NCBI GenBank assembly: GCA_030324005.1
Contig: JARDVH010000132.1
Location: 91,211,248 to 91,275,247, forward strand
DNA length: 64,000 nucleotides
Direction: 5' to 3'
Source of the DNA: Negaprion brevirostris
Lineage: Eukaryota
Within the stretch, counting starts at the first letter, position 1; each line of letters opens with the position of its first letter. This document shows, piece by piece, positions 50,803 through 64,000 of this stretch. The notes below the pieces were generated by a model. The model had not been told where the DNA came from and ran no database searches. It saw only the letters and a program-made list of their open reading frames with translations. The position numbers and the translations under genes are program-made.

Positions 50803-53800
50803 TCTCTGTAATGGTAGTTAGATTTAAACCATTTATCTTTATTTGTGCCACTCGTTCATGTATCTTATTGCAAATGTTTTGTGATTTCAGTTAAAAAGCT
50901 GTTAATTTTTTTAATGGGCTGTTAGTTTTTAACTCTTTTTTCCAGCCCCTTTCTGCTTTTCTTTACCCATGTCACTGCATTGCACGGTTGCCTTGACCTG
51001 TTCCAATTTCTAAATCTTCTTTCAACTGAACACCCATCCCCCCCACCTTCTAGTTTAAACTCCAATCCATAGCCCCAGTTGTACCATTTGCCAGGACATT
51101 GATTCCAGCCTGTTCCAGTAGAGCTTATCCAAATAGAAGGATTATGGGGAAAGGTCAGAGCAGCCTGGACTCAGCTGGCTGAATGGCCTTGCTCTATACA
51201 ATAGCCATTCTATAATTTTGTATGGCCGGCACAGTTCGTATTGACAGCTTAAACTCAGAAGGTAGACCATGAGCCAGTGGAATTTTAAAATAGTTGTAGC
51301 TGGGGAGAATGACAAAAGCATAGTCAAGGGCTTCCGCACCAGATTGGATGAGATTGAGATAGAGGTAAGCTGTTAATAAAACTTTTAAGTGGAAGTAACT
51401 AGTCTTTTTATGATCGTGAGAATATGGGATGAGAAGCTTGACTCTGGGTGGATTAGAACATTTAGGTTGAGAACAGTCTATTTCAATTGGAAGGGGGAAT
51501 ACAATCAGTGACAAGAGTTTGTGGCAGGAGGCAGTGAGACTTTTTACCTGCTGAGAAATTTACCTCCCATGTTTTATAAAATTAATGTTTTCATGATAAT
51601 ATTGATTTAAGTCTCTGACATGTATATGGTACACAAGGTGTTAACATTACTGTTGAGCCCAGTGGTTTGTTCTCCTCTTTATCAGTGGCCCTTTTTGCAG
51701 GATGGTAGAATTATTCTTTAGTAGAGGCTTTGGTTATCTCCTGCAGATTTATAGGTTTCTAAATGGCAAGAGAGAAAATTGATATCAGCAAGTATAAATT
51801 TGCAACAAAATATTATAGTGTCACAGAAGGCATGCTACATAAGTAATCATTTGATGCACTAAACTTCCTCAATAGCTAGATTTACTATTTAAAAAAAGAA
51901 ATTGTAGCATACACATTGTTAATAGATGCATGTGTTAAGGTGAAGACCTATTTTATTTAATAAATTGGTTTGGGTTTTTCTGCACTAAGGGATGCTGGAA
52001 TGGTTGTAAGTGTGTGCTAGTGTGCCCAGTGACATGTTATTATGAGGATTGACAGTGTCTGTCAAGTATTTTGATAGCCTGAGCAGTAGATCACTCAAAC
52101 AGCAACAGTGTTCCTATGTAGAAAATATCACATGTTCCTCCCAATTTACAGGGGAACAGCAATAACATTTTATCATGGTTGAGGGCCCAGTAGCTGCTTC
52201 CTATTAAACTTGGCCTTTTGGATACCTGTCCAGGATTAATTTGTTGATTTTCAAATGGAAACTCAGACCCTCCACTGAAGCATGACTTGCTCGGAGAGGC
52301 ACAATCTGAATGACAATTATGTTGTAGGCAGGTTTTAGACCATTACAAACATGGACCCAGTGGAAAGCAAAGATTTCAGTAACTGATTTTAATAACATGT
52401 CCAATTTAAACTGTCAGTTATGTGTGCACTTGTGGGATGGTTTTTTAGAAGGATAACATAACAAAACGTTCTAACGTGCTATTATAATGATACACTTGAA
52501 AAAATGTTTTTGAATTAAGAAAAGCGGTTCCCCCAAAGAGATTTATATCCTGTACTAAATGCCAGGGTTTGAAAGTTACAGATTAAATTGTGAGCTATCT
52601 GGAGATTTCATTCATGACTGTAATGGTCACTTTCCATTTCTTACATTTAATAAGGAAACATAAATCAAATTATGATTTCTTTTTCTCATTGCCACCATTA
52701 TTAACTACTTCATTCTCTTCAACTTCCTTTGACTTCTGTAGGGGGAGGGGTAAGGAGTCAATGAAATATAATTTCAAACCTATGCCTATTTTCAACATAA
52801 TTATTAGAATTTGTTTTAACATCGGATCCAGACAAATATCGGCATTTCTCTCAAAACTTATTGTCTTTTACAACAAAGAACATGAATATAATGGGGTAGC
52901 TGAGAAACCATCTTTAACCTAACCTAGTGACCTCTATAAGATGTGAGGTGAGGAAAACTGCAGAAATTTAGTTGCTGTTTTATTCGCATTTTAAGGTTTC
53001 TAAAATTTGAAAATGTCCAACCTACGTTAGAATTATTACAAAACAGAATTGTTCAATGGTTTAATTTACATTTATAAAGAAAGCAGCATTTCTTTTGTGA
53101 GAGCAACCTTAGATGTGAAGAGGGGATTACGATAGTGTTTGGGGCCCAATTAATTATAAGCTCTATTATCTTTTCCCATACTGAAACAAAAATATCAACA
53201 GTTGTAGTAAATGCTAGGTCAAATTTTCAAAAATTATTTATTTACTGTTTCATGTAAGCTAATGCGAATCATTGTTTACTAAATAGAATCTTGATCTTGC
53301 CCCTGCATTGTGAAATGAGTTATTGTATTTTAGCGTTTCATCTGATATGTTTCCAAAATGAAACAGTCAGCAAAGTGTGAAAATTTGGAAGTGCTTCTTT
53401 AAGGAGAATAATCATAGCGACATGACTTTTTAAAGAAAAATCACTTCGTAACTTCAGTTTAAATTTGTTAAATTATTTTTCTCTCTCTCACATTTTTCTG
53501 TCCTTTGCTGAAGGTACTGCCTCTCACTGGATTAAGCTTTGATAGCACATGCTGCCTGCTGACATCTAACATAAGTGATCATTCTTTATGGGCGAGCCCA
53601 AGTGTATGTGTCAGCAATGATGGTTGTTCCTGGCAAGCTTGATCATCAACTGGCATCTCTGGTTGCAGATCACCATGTGTCACTGGATAACCATCAAATC
53701 CAATCTGCACACAATAGGCAGAATTTTTCCTCTGCCAGGAATTTCTGGTTCGTCCAGAGTCAATGAACCTTTGAAAATGGCTGCATTTTACTGCATCGCC

Positions 53801-53904
53801 CTTACAGCGATGTGGCTATAATATTCAGTCCAGTATTATGAATTGCATTTAAGTGATGGTACTGCTCCTTAGCATGTAAGACTTTGGGAATTCCATAGTG
53901 GGAG

Positions 53905-54152
53905 CCAGCAAGCACATGGTAACACCACTACCTGCAAATTCACCTCAAAGTCTCACATCCTGATTTGGAAATGGTTTCTGTTCCTTCATTGTCGATGAGT
54001 TATATCCTGGAACTCCGTACTGAATAACCCTGCGTGTGGACAAAGACTGCAGCAATTCAAGAATGCAGTTCACCACCATCTCAAGGGAAATTGAGATTGG
54101 ACAATAAATGCTGGCCTTGCTAGTGATGTTCCTATCTCATGAACAAAGAAAA
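53905..54152 (+). mobile_element. CR1-group LINE 3' UTR
   Basis: aacaccactacctgcaaattcacctcaaagtc...ggacaataaatgctggccttgctagtgatg. Confidence 0.75.
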
Positions 54153-56599
54153 TTGCTAGGTTGCAGTAGCAGGGGTATCGCCATCTCTTTTACTGTCAGA
54201 TGTGAATCAAGACAGAACAATCCTTTTTCACTGATAAGTTGTTAGAGATCAAAGAAGAAAGGCAGCAGACAAATGGCCGCCCTTAAGATAAAATCTTCCT
54301 ATTTGATGCAAGCCTCCCCTGAAATCAGCTTTACCAAAAACATTTTTGGGACAGCAACAATTTACATTAAAACAGAATCAGAACCAGACTATATGAATGC
54401 CATTGGCATGTGTACATTGCCCACTGAATTCTGTGCTATACTACACAGCTTTTATGTTTCAAGATAAATTACATCAGGTTGCTATGAAAATGGGCAACAG
54501 TATTGTTAATATAGGAATTGTAGGTCTGAGTGAATGCAGAGTGGTTGTAGTTTTGAAAGCCGGACACAGATCTCTCCCTATTGGTTGGCTTACCTAATTT
54601 ATAGTGCTGCTTTATCCAGAGTGTGGTTAGAATGTGGAACCTGCTGCCAGCTGCATGGAGTAGTTGAGGCAAATGGCACACCTTATAACCTAGTTAAGTG
54701 CATGAAATGGAATTGGCAGATATGCTGGAAGGGTGAGTGGTGGCTGGTGTGGAGCGTAAGTACTGTCATAGACCAGATGAGTAATTTCTGTGCTTTAACT
54801 GCTATATAGTGTGGATAAGATGAATGGGCTCCCACTGGTACAAGTATTTCAAATGAGAAATCATGTATTGAAGCATTAGTTGAATAATATCTGTATGTTT
54901 GCTGACGGTGGTGAAAGTTCTATGTGATTTTAACATCGTCACAAACCTGCTAAATTCATGTGTTTGTTGACGCATGTTTAAATGTCACTTTCAGGGTCAC
55001 CATCCAAGTTTCATCCTAGGAGGTTGGTTAGCTCTTTTGAAGCGGAAGTATTCAGTTAAGATTTAAGTGATACTCATTCACAGAAATATAGTGTGTCTTG
55101 TTTTGGGTTATCATTATATTTTCTTGAAGATTAAAATATACACGTTACTGGCTAGTAGAATGTACTATATTTCTTAGAATGAAGCAGTTGGGCTGGGTCC
55201 ATTATGCAACTAGAGCTACCGTCATTACAACCACTTGAAACAGCGAGGGAATGTTAGTGTTGTCAGTTTGGCATATAAAGAGTCTCTGATACCATTGGAG
55301 GAATTTACATCCATCCCAATGCAGGTTCCCTTATAATCTTTAAAGAGAAAATAGAATGTGAGATATCTCCCATGTAAGGAGGATGTTAGTACCCATAAAA
55401 GAGAATTCCTGTGCTTAGGCTTCTGTGGGAAGTAGCTATCTGTCACAGCGATACTCCAAATACAGTTGACATTCTATGTGCAGCATTGCATGTTCAATTA
55501 TTCAATTGAATAGATGTGATGGTTGACCAGGTTGCAGCCCAAGCTGAGTTGGACAACACTGCACAGATGGCAAGACTTATTACTGCAGTCACCCATGAAA
55601 TGGAGAGTTTGGACGTGGGTATTTGGGCAGTAGTTCATAGTATTGTGCTGTAAAAATGTACGGTATGATGATTTTAGAGGATCCATCTGAATTAATATTA
55701 GCTTTTGCCTTTAGATGAAAATATTTGTGTAACCAATAATGATCATTAACCTTTTCATACATGGCATTATTTCAGGCATGACGTAATTCATTTCCTATCA
55801 TCAATGTGTTGTAATAAAAACTAGATTTTTCCTTCTAAAAATGAATAGTTTTTGGAAGAGAAAAGAAACTCATTATTTCTTTTCCTTCGTCAGAGTAGAT
55901 TGAGGGGCAGATGCATCGATTCTCATTATTTTCTTCATTGAGTCGTGAACATTCGACCATGAGAAGCACACTTTCCATTTTATTGAAGTACTTTGTTATT
56001 CTAAACTTTAGTGTGGCAATTGATAAAAAGAAGGAAAAGGTTAGTTTACTCAGCCTCAGTCTTTGAACATGTGAATGATTGGTGTACAGGCCTTACTGCT
56101 GAATAAGATGTTGGTAGTGATATTTGGATGATTTGGATATGGTTTTTGGATGTTGATGTAACCAGCAAAGAGGACATTAAAGAAATTGAATTTAGTGGAC
56201 AATGGAAATATGCACGTGAGTTGTTGCAGCAGTCGGTTCATAGAAACATTCAGTGTTGTGAAAATGAAGATGATAGGATTTTGCTGATGGGTGGGAGATA
56301 AGATTTGAAATTGCACCCTGTGTGGGACATTGCACATTGGTCACAGTTATTATAAACAGCCAGGTGGACGTGGTAATAAGGGTTCACCATCTCTGACGGG
56401 AACCAAAAAGAATGACTTTGCTCAATCAAAGGGCTTATTACTCATGATTTAATATCTGACAATCTCAGCACGAAGGTGTTGTGGATCATAGAAAAAGAGC
56501 AAATTAACATTATAGTAGTGTTTTATTGCACTGAGAATATCAAAGCATGTCACAATCAATGAATTACTTTTGAAACATCCCTTTTTAGAGTCAGATTGC

Positions 56600-58350
56600 A
56601 TACATAGGATATGCGGCACAGAAACTGGTCATTTAACCCAGTTTTTTTTTCCACTCAAGCCTCCTCCCATCTTTCCTCACCTGAAGTTGTCATAACCCTC
56701 TGTTCCCTTTTCACTCAAATGTTTGTCTCGTTTCCCCCTTAAATGCACCTATAATCACTTCAACCACTCCCTGTGATAGGAGGTTCCACATTCTTGTCAC
56801 TCTTTGGATAAAGAAGATTCATTTGAATTCTATTTTGGATTTCTAGGTAACTATATTGTTATACCAGCATAACAAAATAGGAGTAGAAGTAGATCATTCA
56901 GTGCCTCAAGCCTGTCATTCATTAAGAACATGGCTGATTTGTTTGTGTTATGAGTCCCACACTCCCATCTAGTGCCAATAACCTTTGATTCCTTTGTCTA
57001 ACAATCTATCTACCTCTTCTCAAAAATATTCAATGATTCTGCTTCCACTGCCATCTAGTGCAGAGTTCCAATGTCACTTGGCCCTCAGAGGAAAGATTTC
57101 ACCTAATCTCTGTACTATAAGGGCGACCCCTAATTTTTAAACAATGCATCCTAGTTCCACATTCATACACAAGAGGAAACATTCCTTCAATTTCCAGCCT
57201 ATCTTCATAAAAATAACAGCTCTTTCCAGACATTAATCTGGCAAACCTCTGAACCGCATTTCAAGGCATTTACATTCTTCCTTGACAAAACCAAGACTGC
57301 ACAGACTATTCATCATGTGGTCTTACCAATGCCTCGTGCAATTGAACTATAAAATTGTTTTTTTTATATTCACTTCCTTTTGTAATATTAGGTAGCATTC
57401 CATTAGACTTCTTGATTGCACGCTGCACCTGTGTACTAATGATTCATACACGAGAACACCTTGATCCCTCTGCACCTTGACATTCTGCAGCCATTCTCTG
57501 TTTAAATGTTTTTTAAAAATTTTTCCTGCCATTGTAAACATTGTCACATTTTCCCACATTGTACTGCATCTGCCTGATTTTTTTTTCCCATTCACTGAAC
57601 CTATCTGTATCCACCTGCAAGCTCCTTATATCTTCTTCACAACCTACTTCCCTACCTATTTATCTACAAATGTAGCAACCATGCCTTCACTCCCCTCATC
57701 TAAGTCTAGGTATAAATTGTAATAAAGTTTACTCCACTCATCATATCCTGCCATTTAGACAAAAACCCATTTATGCATACTTGCAGTTTTCTGTCAGTCA
57801 GTCAATCTTCAATCCATGATAATATGTTACCCCCCCCCCCCAAACCATGAGGTTTTNNNNNNNNNNNNNNNNNNNNNNNNNNNNNNNNNNNNNNNNNNNN
57901 NNNNNNNNNNNNNNNNNNNNNNNNNNNNNNNNNNNNNNNNNNNNNNNNNNNNNNNNNNNNNNNNNNNNNNNNNNCAATTAAACTCTTAAACTCCCAATGA
58001 ATTGGTTATGCTGTGCTCCATGAGTAAAACCCTTTGAATCTATCAAAATCTTCTGCAAGTTTGAAGACCTCTTGTAATTCATTGCTCACCCTTCTCTTTT
58101 TTTCCACAAGAGAGGAAATAGAGACTTTATCTTGTGTAGATTCTCACATTTCTGGTTATCATCTTTGTAAGCCTTGATTGCCTCCTTTCCACTGTTTCTA
58201 TATCCTTTTAATAATGGGATGACTGGAACTGCAGAATTTACAAAGGTGCAGAATTTACAAGGATGATGCCAGGAAATGTGTGGGTATGCATAAGCAAGTT
58301 GCAATACAGGCTTAGTATAACTTCTCTTCTCCATTTTTTCCCTCTGGAAA
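56600..58350 (-). mobile_element. Cluster of decayed CR1 LINE 3' fragments
   Basis: Several CR1 3' UTR and RT C-terminal segments (e.g. ttcccacattgtactgcatctgcc; tgtggtcttaccaatgcc). Confidence 0.7.
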
Positions 58351-59043
58351 TAAGCCTAGACGTTGATTTCAATGAGGATAAAAACAGCAATCTATCATTA
58401 AGGTTAATCAGGGTTTAAATCTTTCATTATCACACAGTAATAATCACTCCCAATTTCTGCCGTACCACCCTAATAATCTAAACTCAAAAACAAATAGAAC
58501 TAACAATTCCATCAGGGAAACTACAGAAAGATTCCAGTTGTCTCTGAGCGAGTTGAAAAAGAATTAAATTGCAGTTAACTGGGGCATGACCAGATTGCCA
58601 CAGTTTATATTCTTAAAAGACTTGCTGAAGGAACCAACAGTACAGTTACATTGCAATTAACAGATATTACTTACATAATGACACCTGGATTTTATAAAGC
58701 CATTTATCCCACACTTTTTACAGTTTTTTTCATAGTTTCACACAAGTAGAAAATAAGTAATGAAACAGAAAATGACAGAAATGTGCACATAATCCATTCA
58801 CAGAAAAGATGTGTGTGATGTAAATGTTAAGCTTTTGTTGGAGTTGGTGTGGACAAGCCAGTTCCTTTACAGCCCTCATAAGAAACAAAATAAGACTTTT
58901 TTGTGGCATTGCTAATCTGTGATACACTTTAGTTCATTGGTGTATTCGTAGCTCCTGGATCCTTTGTGCCTCTTCCCCAGTTGCACCGTCCAAGTAACAA
59001 GTGACGTCCTATTTTTCCTAACAATGTAATACAGTTCCAGTCA

Positions 59044-59080
59044 TCACCTGATGAAGGAGCAGCGCTCCGAAAGCTAGTGG
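59044..59080 (+). ncRNA. Minimal type I hammerhead ribozyme motif (Penelope type)
   Basis: Stem I cac/gtg; core CTGATGA (59048-54) plus A; stem II GGAGC-agc-GCTCC; GAAA (59069-72); palindromic AGCT stem III; cleavage UA. Confidence 0.75.
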
Positions 59081-59122
59081 CGTTTGCTACCAAATAAACC
59101 TGTTGGACTTTAACCTGGTGTT
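59044..59122 (+). mobile_element. Young Penelope-like element terminal repeat (continues into the gap)
   Basis: cacctgatgaaggagcagcgctccgaaagctagtggcgtttgctaccAATAAAcctgttggactttaacctggtgtt, with CpGs intact. Confidence 0.75.
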
Positions 59123-59474
59123 NNNNNNNNNNNNNNNNNNNNNNNNNNNNNNNNNNNNNNNNNNNNNNNNNNNNNNNNNNNNNNNNNNNNNNNNNNNNNN
59201 NNNNNNNNNNNNNNNNNNNNNNNNNNNNNNNNNNNNNNNNNNNNNNNNNNNNNNNNNNNNNNNNNNNNNNNNNNNNNNNNNNNNNNNNNNNNNNNNNNNN
59301 NNNNNNNNNNNNNNNNNNNNNNNNNNNNNNNNNNNNNNNNNNNNNNNNNNNNNNNNNNNNNNNNNNNNNNNNNNNNNNNNNNNNNNNNNNNNNNNNNNNN
59401 NNNNNNNNNNNNNNNNNNNNNNNNNNNNNNNNNNNNNNNNNNNNNNNNNNNNNNNNNNNNNNNNNNNNNNNNNN

Positions 59475-61470
59475 TGAGTCCTGAGACACATAGTTATCAG
59501 ACTAGCCCTGTAGCAAGTGAGGAGAGAACCGGAGCAAAGGAAACCCGATTTGATTTTATCCTCACTAGTCTACCTGTTGCAGATGCACCAATCCAATATC
59601 ATATTGGTCAGTAGCCATGGTAAAAGTCCTTGTAGAGACAAAGCTCTCACAAGAGGACATCCTCCATCACATTGTGTCTCAGTACCACCATAGCAAATGG
59701 AGATTGATTCGGATTAAATTCAACAACTCGAAACTTGGACATCTACATGCCATCAACAACTGCAGAATTGTATTCCAGTGCAATCTTTCATCTTATTATC
59801 TGGCATATCCCTAATTCTACCATTACCATCAAACCATGAATGAAGAATGTGGGATGAGAGCAGCTGCAGTCATATTTGCAAATGAGGTGTCAACCTGGTG
59901 AAACTGTAACACAGAACAACAAGCAAAGCCAAACAGTGGAAGCAGAATGCTACAGACAGAGCTAAACAATTCCACAAACCAATACATCAGATCAAAGTTC
60001 TGCAGTACTGCCACATCCAGTCTTTAAGGTGGACAATTAAGCAACTAATGGGAGACGGTTCCTTAAATAACTTCAAGCTTAATGATAGTGGAAAGCAGTA
60101 TATCTGTGCAAGAGAGAAGGATGAAGCTTTTGCAACGACCATTAAGTGCATGATCCATCTTGGCCTCCTGAGGTCCCAGTATCACACATGTCAGTCTTCA
60201 GGCGGTTTTATTAACAGCATGTAATGTCAAGAAATGGTTGAATACACTAGATACAGCAAAGTCTAAAGATCAAACATTATCTCAGTTGCAGCATTGAACG
60301 TTTGTGATCCAGAATTAACCTCACCTCTAGCCAAGATGTTCCAGTATATTACTCAAGAAACTGGAAAAATTGCTGGATAGAGTTGATCTGTTTACTAAAA
60401 CCAGGACGAATCCAATCCAGACAATTACTGTCCCATCAGTCTACTCTCAACTGTGAGCAAAATGATGAAAGTTGTCAGTGACAGTGCTATCAAACTGCAC
60501 TTAATAACCAGTGCTCAGTTTGGGTTCTGTCAGGACCTCTCACGTCTTGACCTCATTACAACCCTGTGTGAAACAAACTAAAGAGCTGAATTCAAGAGGT
60601 GAAATGAGAATGACTGCTCTTGACATCAAGACAGCGTTTAATTGAAGAGGCTTGGTAAGACTGAAATCATTGGAAATCAGAAGAAAACTCTTCACAGGTT
60701 GAAGTTGTAATTAACATTTAAGAAGATGGTCCTGGTTGTTTATCTCAGTTCTCAGACATTGCTGAATTAGTTCTTCAGTCCTGGTTCCAACCATATCTGG
60801 CTGCTTAGTTAATGACTTTCCCGTCATCATAAAGCCAAAGTTAAGATGCCTGCTGATTATTGCAAAGTGGTAAATTCCATTCGCAACTCCTCCAGATACT
60901 GAATCAGTCTGCATCCACATGCTGGAAGACCTGAGCAATATTCAGGCTTGGGTTGGTAAGTGCCAGGCAATGCCAACTTCAGCGAGAGAATCTCCCCTTG
61001 ACATGCTGAATTGCCCCCTATCATTATACTGGAGATCACCATTGACCAGAAATTTAACTGGACCAACGATATTACTACTGTAATTACATGATCAGGTCAG
61101 AGGCTAGGTGTTCTCTCCAAAAATATCTGCCATTTACGAGGCACTAGTCAGGAGTGTGATAGAATACTGTACAATTGTCTGGATGAGTGCAGCTCTAACA
61201 ACATTCAAGGAGCTCTACACCTTCCAGGGCAAAGCAGCCCACTTGGTTGACACCACACCCATACCTTAATTATTCAGTCTTGCAATCATGAGGGTACCAC
61301 GACTGCTGTGTGCATCATATACAAGATTCATAGCAACTCATCAAGGTCTCCAAACCAGTGACCTTTAACATCTAGTTGAACAAGGATAAAAAGTGCAAGG
61401 GAACACCATCTACAGCTTCCTCTTCAAGTCGCACATCACTGTCACTGGGTCAAATCCAGGAACTTGCCAC
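59475..61470 (+). mobile_element. Decayed ~2-kb CR1-group LINE ORF2 (endonuclease C-terminus, RT, 3' UTR)
   Basis: DFILTSLP, NPDNYCPISLLSTVSKMM, QFGF, MTALDIKTAF, and IYEALVRSVIEY..W motifs, with many frameshifts. Confidence 0.85.
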
Positions 61471-61479
61471 ATAACAAAT

Positions 61480-62240
61480 CATAGAATTTGTTGTAGGGAT
61501 GTGGGAGATGTTGCATTTTGACAGGAAGTATAGGGAGAGGCAATGTAGACAAAATGGAACTGTTCTTTAAGGTGTGCAGAGACAGAGGGTTCTAGGGTTC
61601 ATTTGCATACATACAGGTTTGAACATGGCAGGATGTATTGAGAGAATAGTCAGCAAAGTATATGTGATCTTGGGCTTTATAAGTAAGAATCATTGAGTAC
61701 AAAAGCAGAAAAGTGAACCTGAGCCTTATAAAACTCTGGTTGGACCTGGATCTGGTCCTGGTTACCATACTTCAGGAATGAGGGTCCCAAGGAGGAAATT
61801 GACCAGAATGGTTCCAGCGAAGAGGGACTTTAGCTACAGGAATTGGTTGGAGGAGCTGGTGGTGTTCTCCGAGCAAAGGAGATTTGATAGAGGTGTACAT
61901 GATTATGACATGTTTGGATATGGTAGATAAGCAAAAGCTCTTCCCTTTTAGCTTATTAATGCATGAACTAGGGGACATAAGTGCAAGGTTTTAAGCAAGT
62001 GACCCAGTGGGTGTGTGAGGATGAACTTCTTAACGCAGCAAATGGCAATGATCTGGAACTGACAGTCTAGGTGGATGGTGAAAGCAGACATGATCAGTAA
62101 TTCCAAAAGAAAATTGGATGGTTACTTGAGCGAAATGAACTTGCAGGGCAATGTGGATAAAGCAAAGCAATGAGACTGCCAGGATTTGTCTGTAGAGACT
62201 CAATGAGTAGAGCAGCTTCCTTCTGATGAGTTGTGACTCT
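61480..62240 (+). mobile_element. Decayed CR1 LINE 3' fragment
   Basis: LYKTLVGP, RKLTRMVP, and GDLIEVYMIM motifs, plus the 3' UTR. Confidence 0.75.
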
Positions 62241-64000
62241 ATAACAGCAATGTGGTTTGATCTACATCATACGGACTGCAGTAGCTCACCACCACTTTCT
62301 CGTGGGCAGTTAGGAGTGGACAGTAAGTGTTGGCCATGCCACATCCTATGAACAAAACTTTTTAAAAATCATTTTTCTACTTTGCTACTTAGAGTTCATT
62401 GAAAATCTTAGGCAGCAATCGGGTCCCGGTATCCCTGTATCATTGTTGCCTTTATCCTATTGCAAAGTCAGTGAAACTCAATCCTGCAGCTGTTTGTATT
62501 GTACCCTCATGCTGGGTACTGCATCAATACCTCTACAGTGTCAGGAAGACTGCAGCTGTGGTTTGTGTTGCTTTTTAAGAGTGGATGCTGTTACAATTCA
62601 CTGGGTATCTGCTGTTGCGATGAATGCTGATGCACAAACTTTGAAGTTGACTTTGTCAGAGACTGTCTGTTCCAAGGAATCCTGAGGTGAAATCATTGCA
62701 TCTATCACCAAGATGTTCAACAGTGCAGGTAATTCTTTCCCACTATGTGCGCTGTGGCCAGCATGCTCTTTCCACTATGGAGAGGTTCTATGATGTTTAG
62801 CTTTTGTTCTTATGTTCTTACCCCTCATTGCTTACAACTTGTACCATCTTCTCAGTGGTGTCAGTGATTCACAGTCATGTGGTTTCTGCCTAGCTGTGTT
62901 GAATATATCTGGTTCTGAATTGTTAGACTTGGTAACATACAACATTCTTCTGACTAGAGCTTGTTGGAATTTCTGGAAATACTTCCTTCACTTTGCTGTG
63001 TGAGGATGTCATACAAGATTTCAACCAGTACATAGATGTTATATCTCTGGCTGATTCAGTATCGATGGAAGAGCTATAAAGGTTTTCGGGACTATGGACT
63101 GAACAGGAGGTTAGCCTGACCAAATATTTCATGTGTGTATGTATGTACCTAATGATGGGTCAGCACTGACCTGTTTATTTATGGTCCCAGTGTGTAAGTG
63201 GTCTGTAGACTGACTGGTTGCATTGTATTTTTTTGGACACTTGTGGAGGGCTTCCTTGCTGTAGTACCCTGCCTGTACCCTTCAGTAGCTTTCCTGTGTA
63301 ATGTAACTCTCTTTACCTGCAAAAATACGACCAGATGTCAAAAATTGAATTATTTATATTGGACTATTTTGGGAAATCTATTAATAATAGCCAGGAAGAT
63401 GTGCCTTGTATTATGCTACTCCACACTGTTAGTCACCACTTGGTGCTTTTGTATGAGAAGAGCATTTGATAGTCTCAGATAAAGACCATGTAAATATGAA
63501 ATTCTCATATGTAGATTTGACAAATTGCTTCTCTCAAAATGTCACCGATTTATAAGCCTAATTATTATTGACCTTTCATGTAGTAAAGTGCTGTGCTGTG
63601 CCTCACTGTCTGCCATTCATAGTATTCGTAATAATAGCTTGATTATGATCACAGTTAGTCATTTCATTTATCTGTTTGTATACTTCCAAGTTAATAGCCT
63701 TGTTACCACAATGAACATTTTATTGTGCTTTTTTTTCTCAAAACGTAACATACCTTTGTGCTTTAACTGAATGTTAAAGCATTTTTTGCAACTTCATGTC
63801 AAAGTTCTAAACCTTGCCAGAAGAAGGTCCAAAAGAAGCATTCCCCCAGATGCTTACCGCCAATGCCTGCAAAACATTGTCACTGAATTTGCAATTTTAT
63901 GTTTGATGTCCAACCACTGAGTTTAAGATTTGTAGGTAAACTGCAGTGTTGGTGAATTTTCTATTTTGAGCAACTTTTAACAACAGTCATGATTGTAGCT

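Noticed and set aside
1-64000. Prokaryotic-type systems (operons, CRISPR, defence islands) or a novel protein-coding gene
   Set aside because: No long ORFs; spliced exon structure and vertebrate TE content show this is intronic eukaryotic DNA.

Overview
This is eukaryotic, repeat-rich, AT-rich genomic DNA with many N gaps. It is almost certainly from a shark, given HE1/V-SINE-like SINEs, CR1/HER1-like LINE tails and Penelope-derived repeats. The whole window appears to lie inside the HIBADH gene (3-hydroxyisobutyrate dehydrogenase, + strand). Two coding exons are visible, at 25492-25625 and 26211-26287; from recall they match human exons 5 and 6 in length and phase. They are flanked by a >25 kb upstream and a >37 kb downstream intron. 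The rest is decayed or young mobile DNA (CR1, L2, Rex1/Babar, V-SINE, other tRNA-SINEs, MITE-like elements, a probable solo LTR) interspersed with repeat-free islands that may be conserved enhancers of the neighbouring Evx1/HoxA landscape. The best leads are: an intact-core minimal hammerhead ribozyme of Penelope type in the sense orientation of the intron (59044-59080), with decayed hammerheads from two further repeat families; and a ~265-bp local inverted duplication (21537-22581). None of the ORF-track ORFs is a real standalone gene. I cannot honestly claim a wholly new biological system from this sequence alone. Repeat boundaries are approximate and family names come from recall, not database searches.
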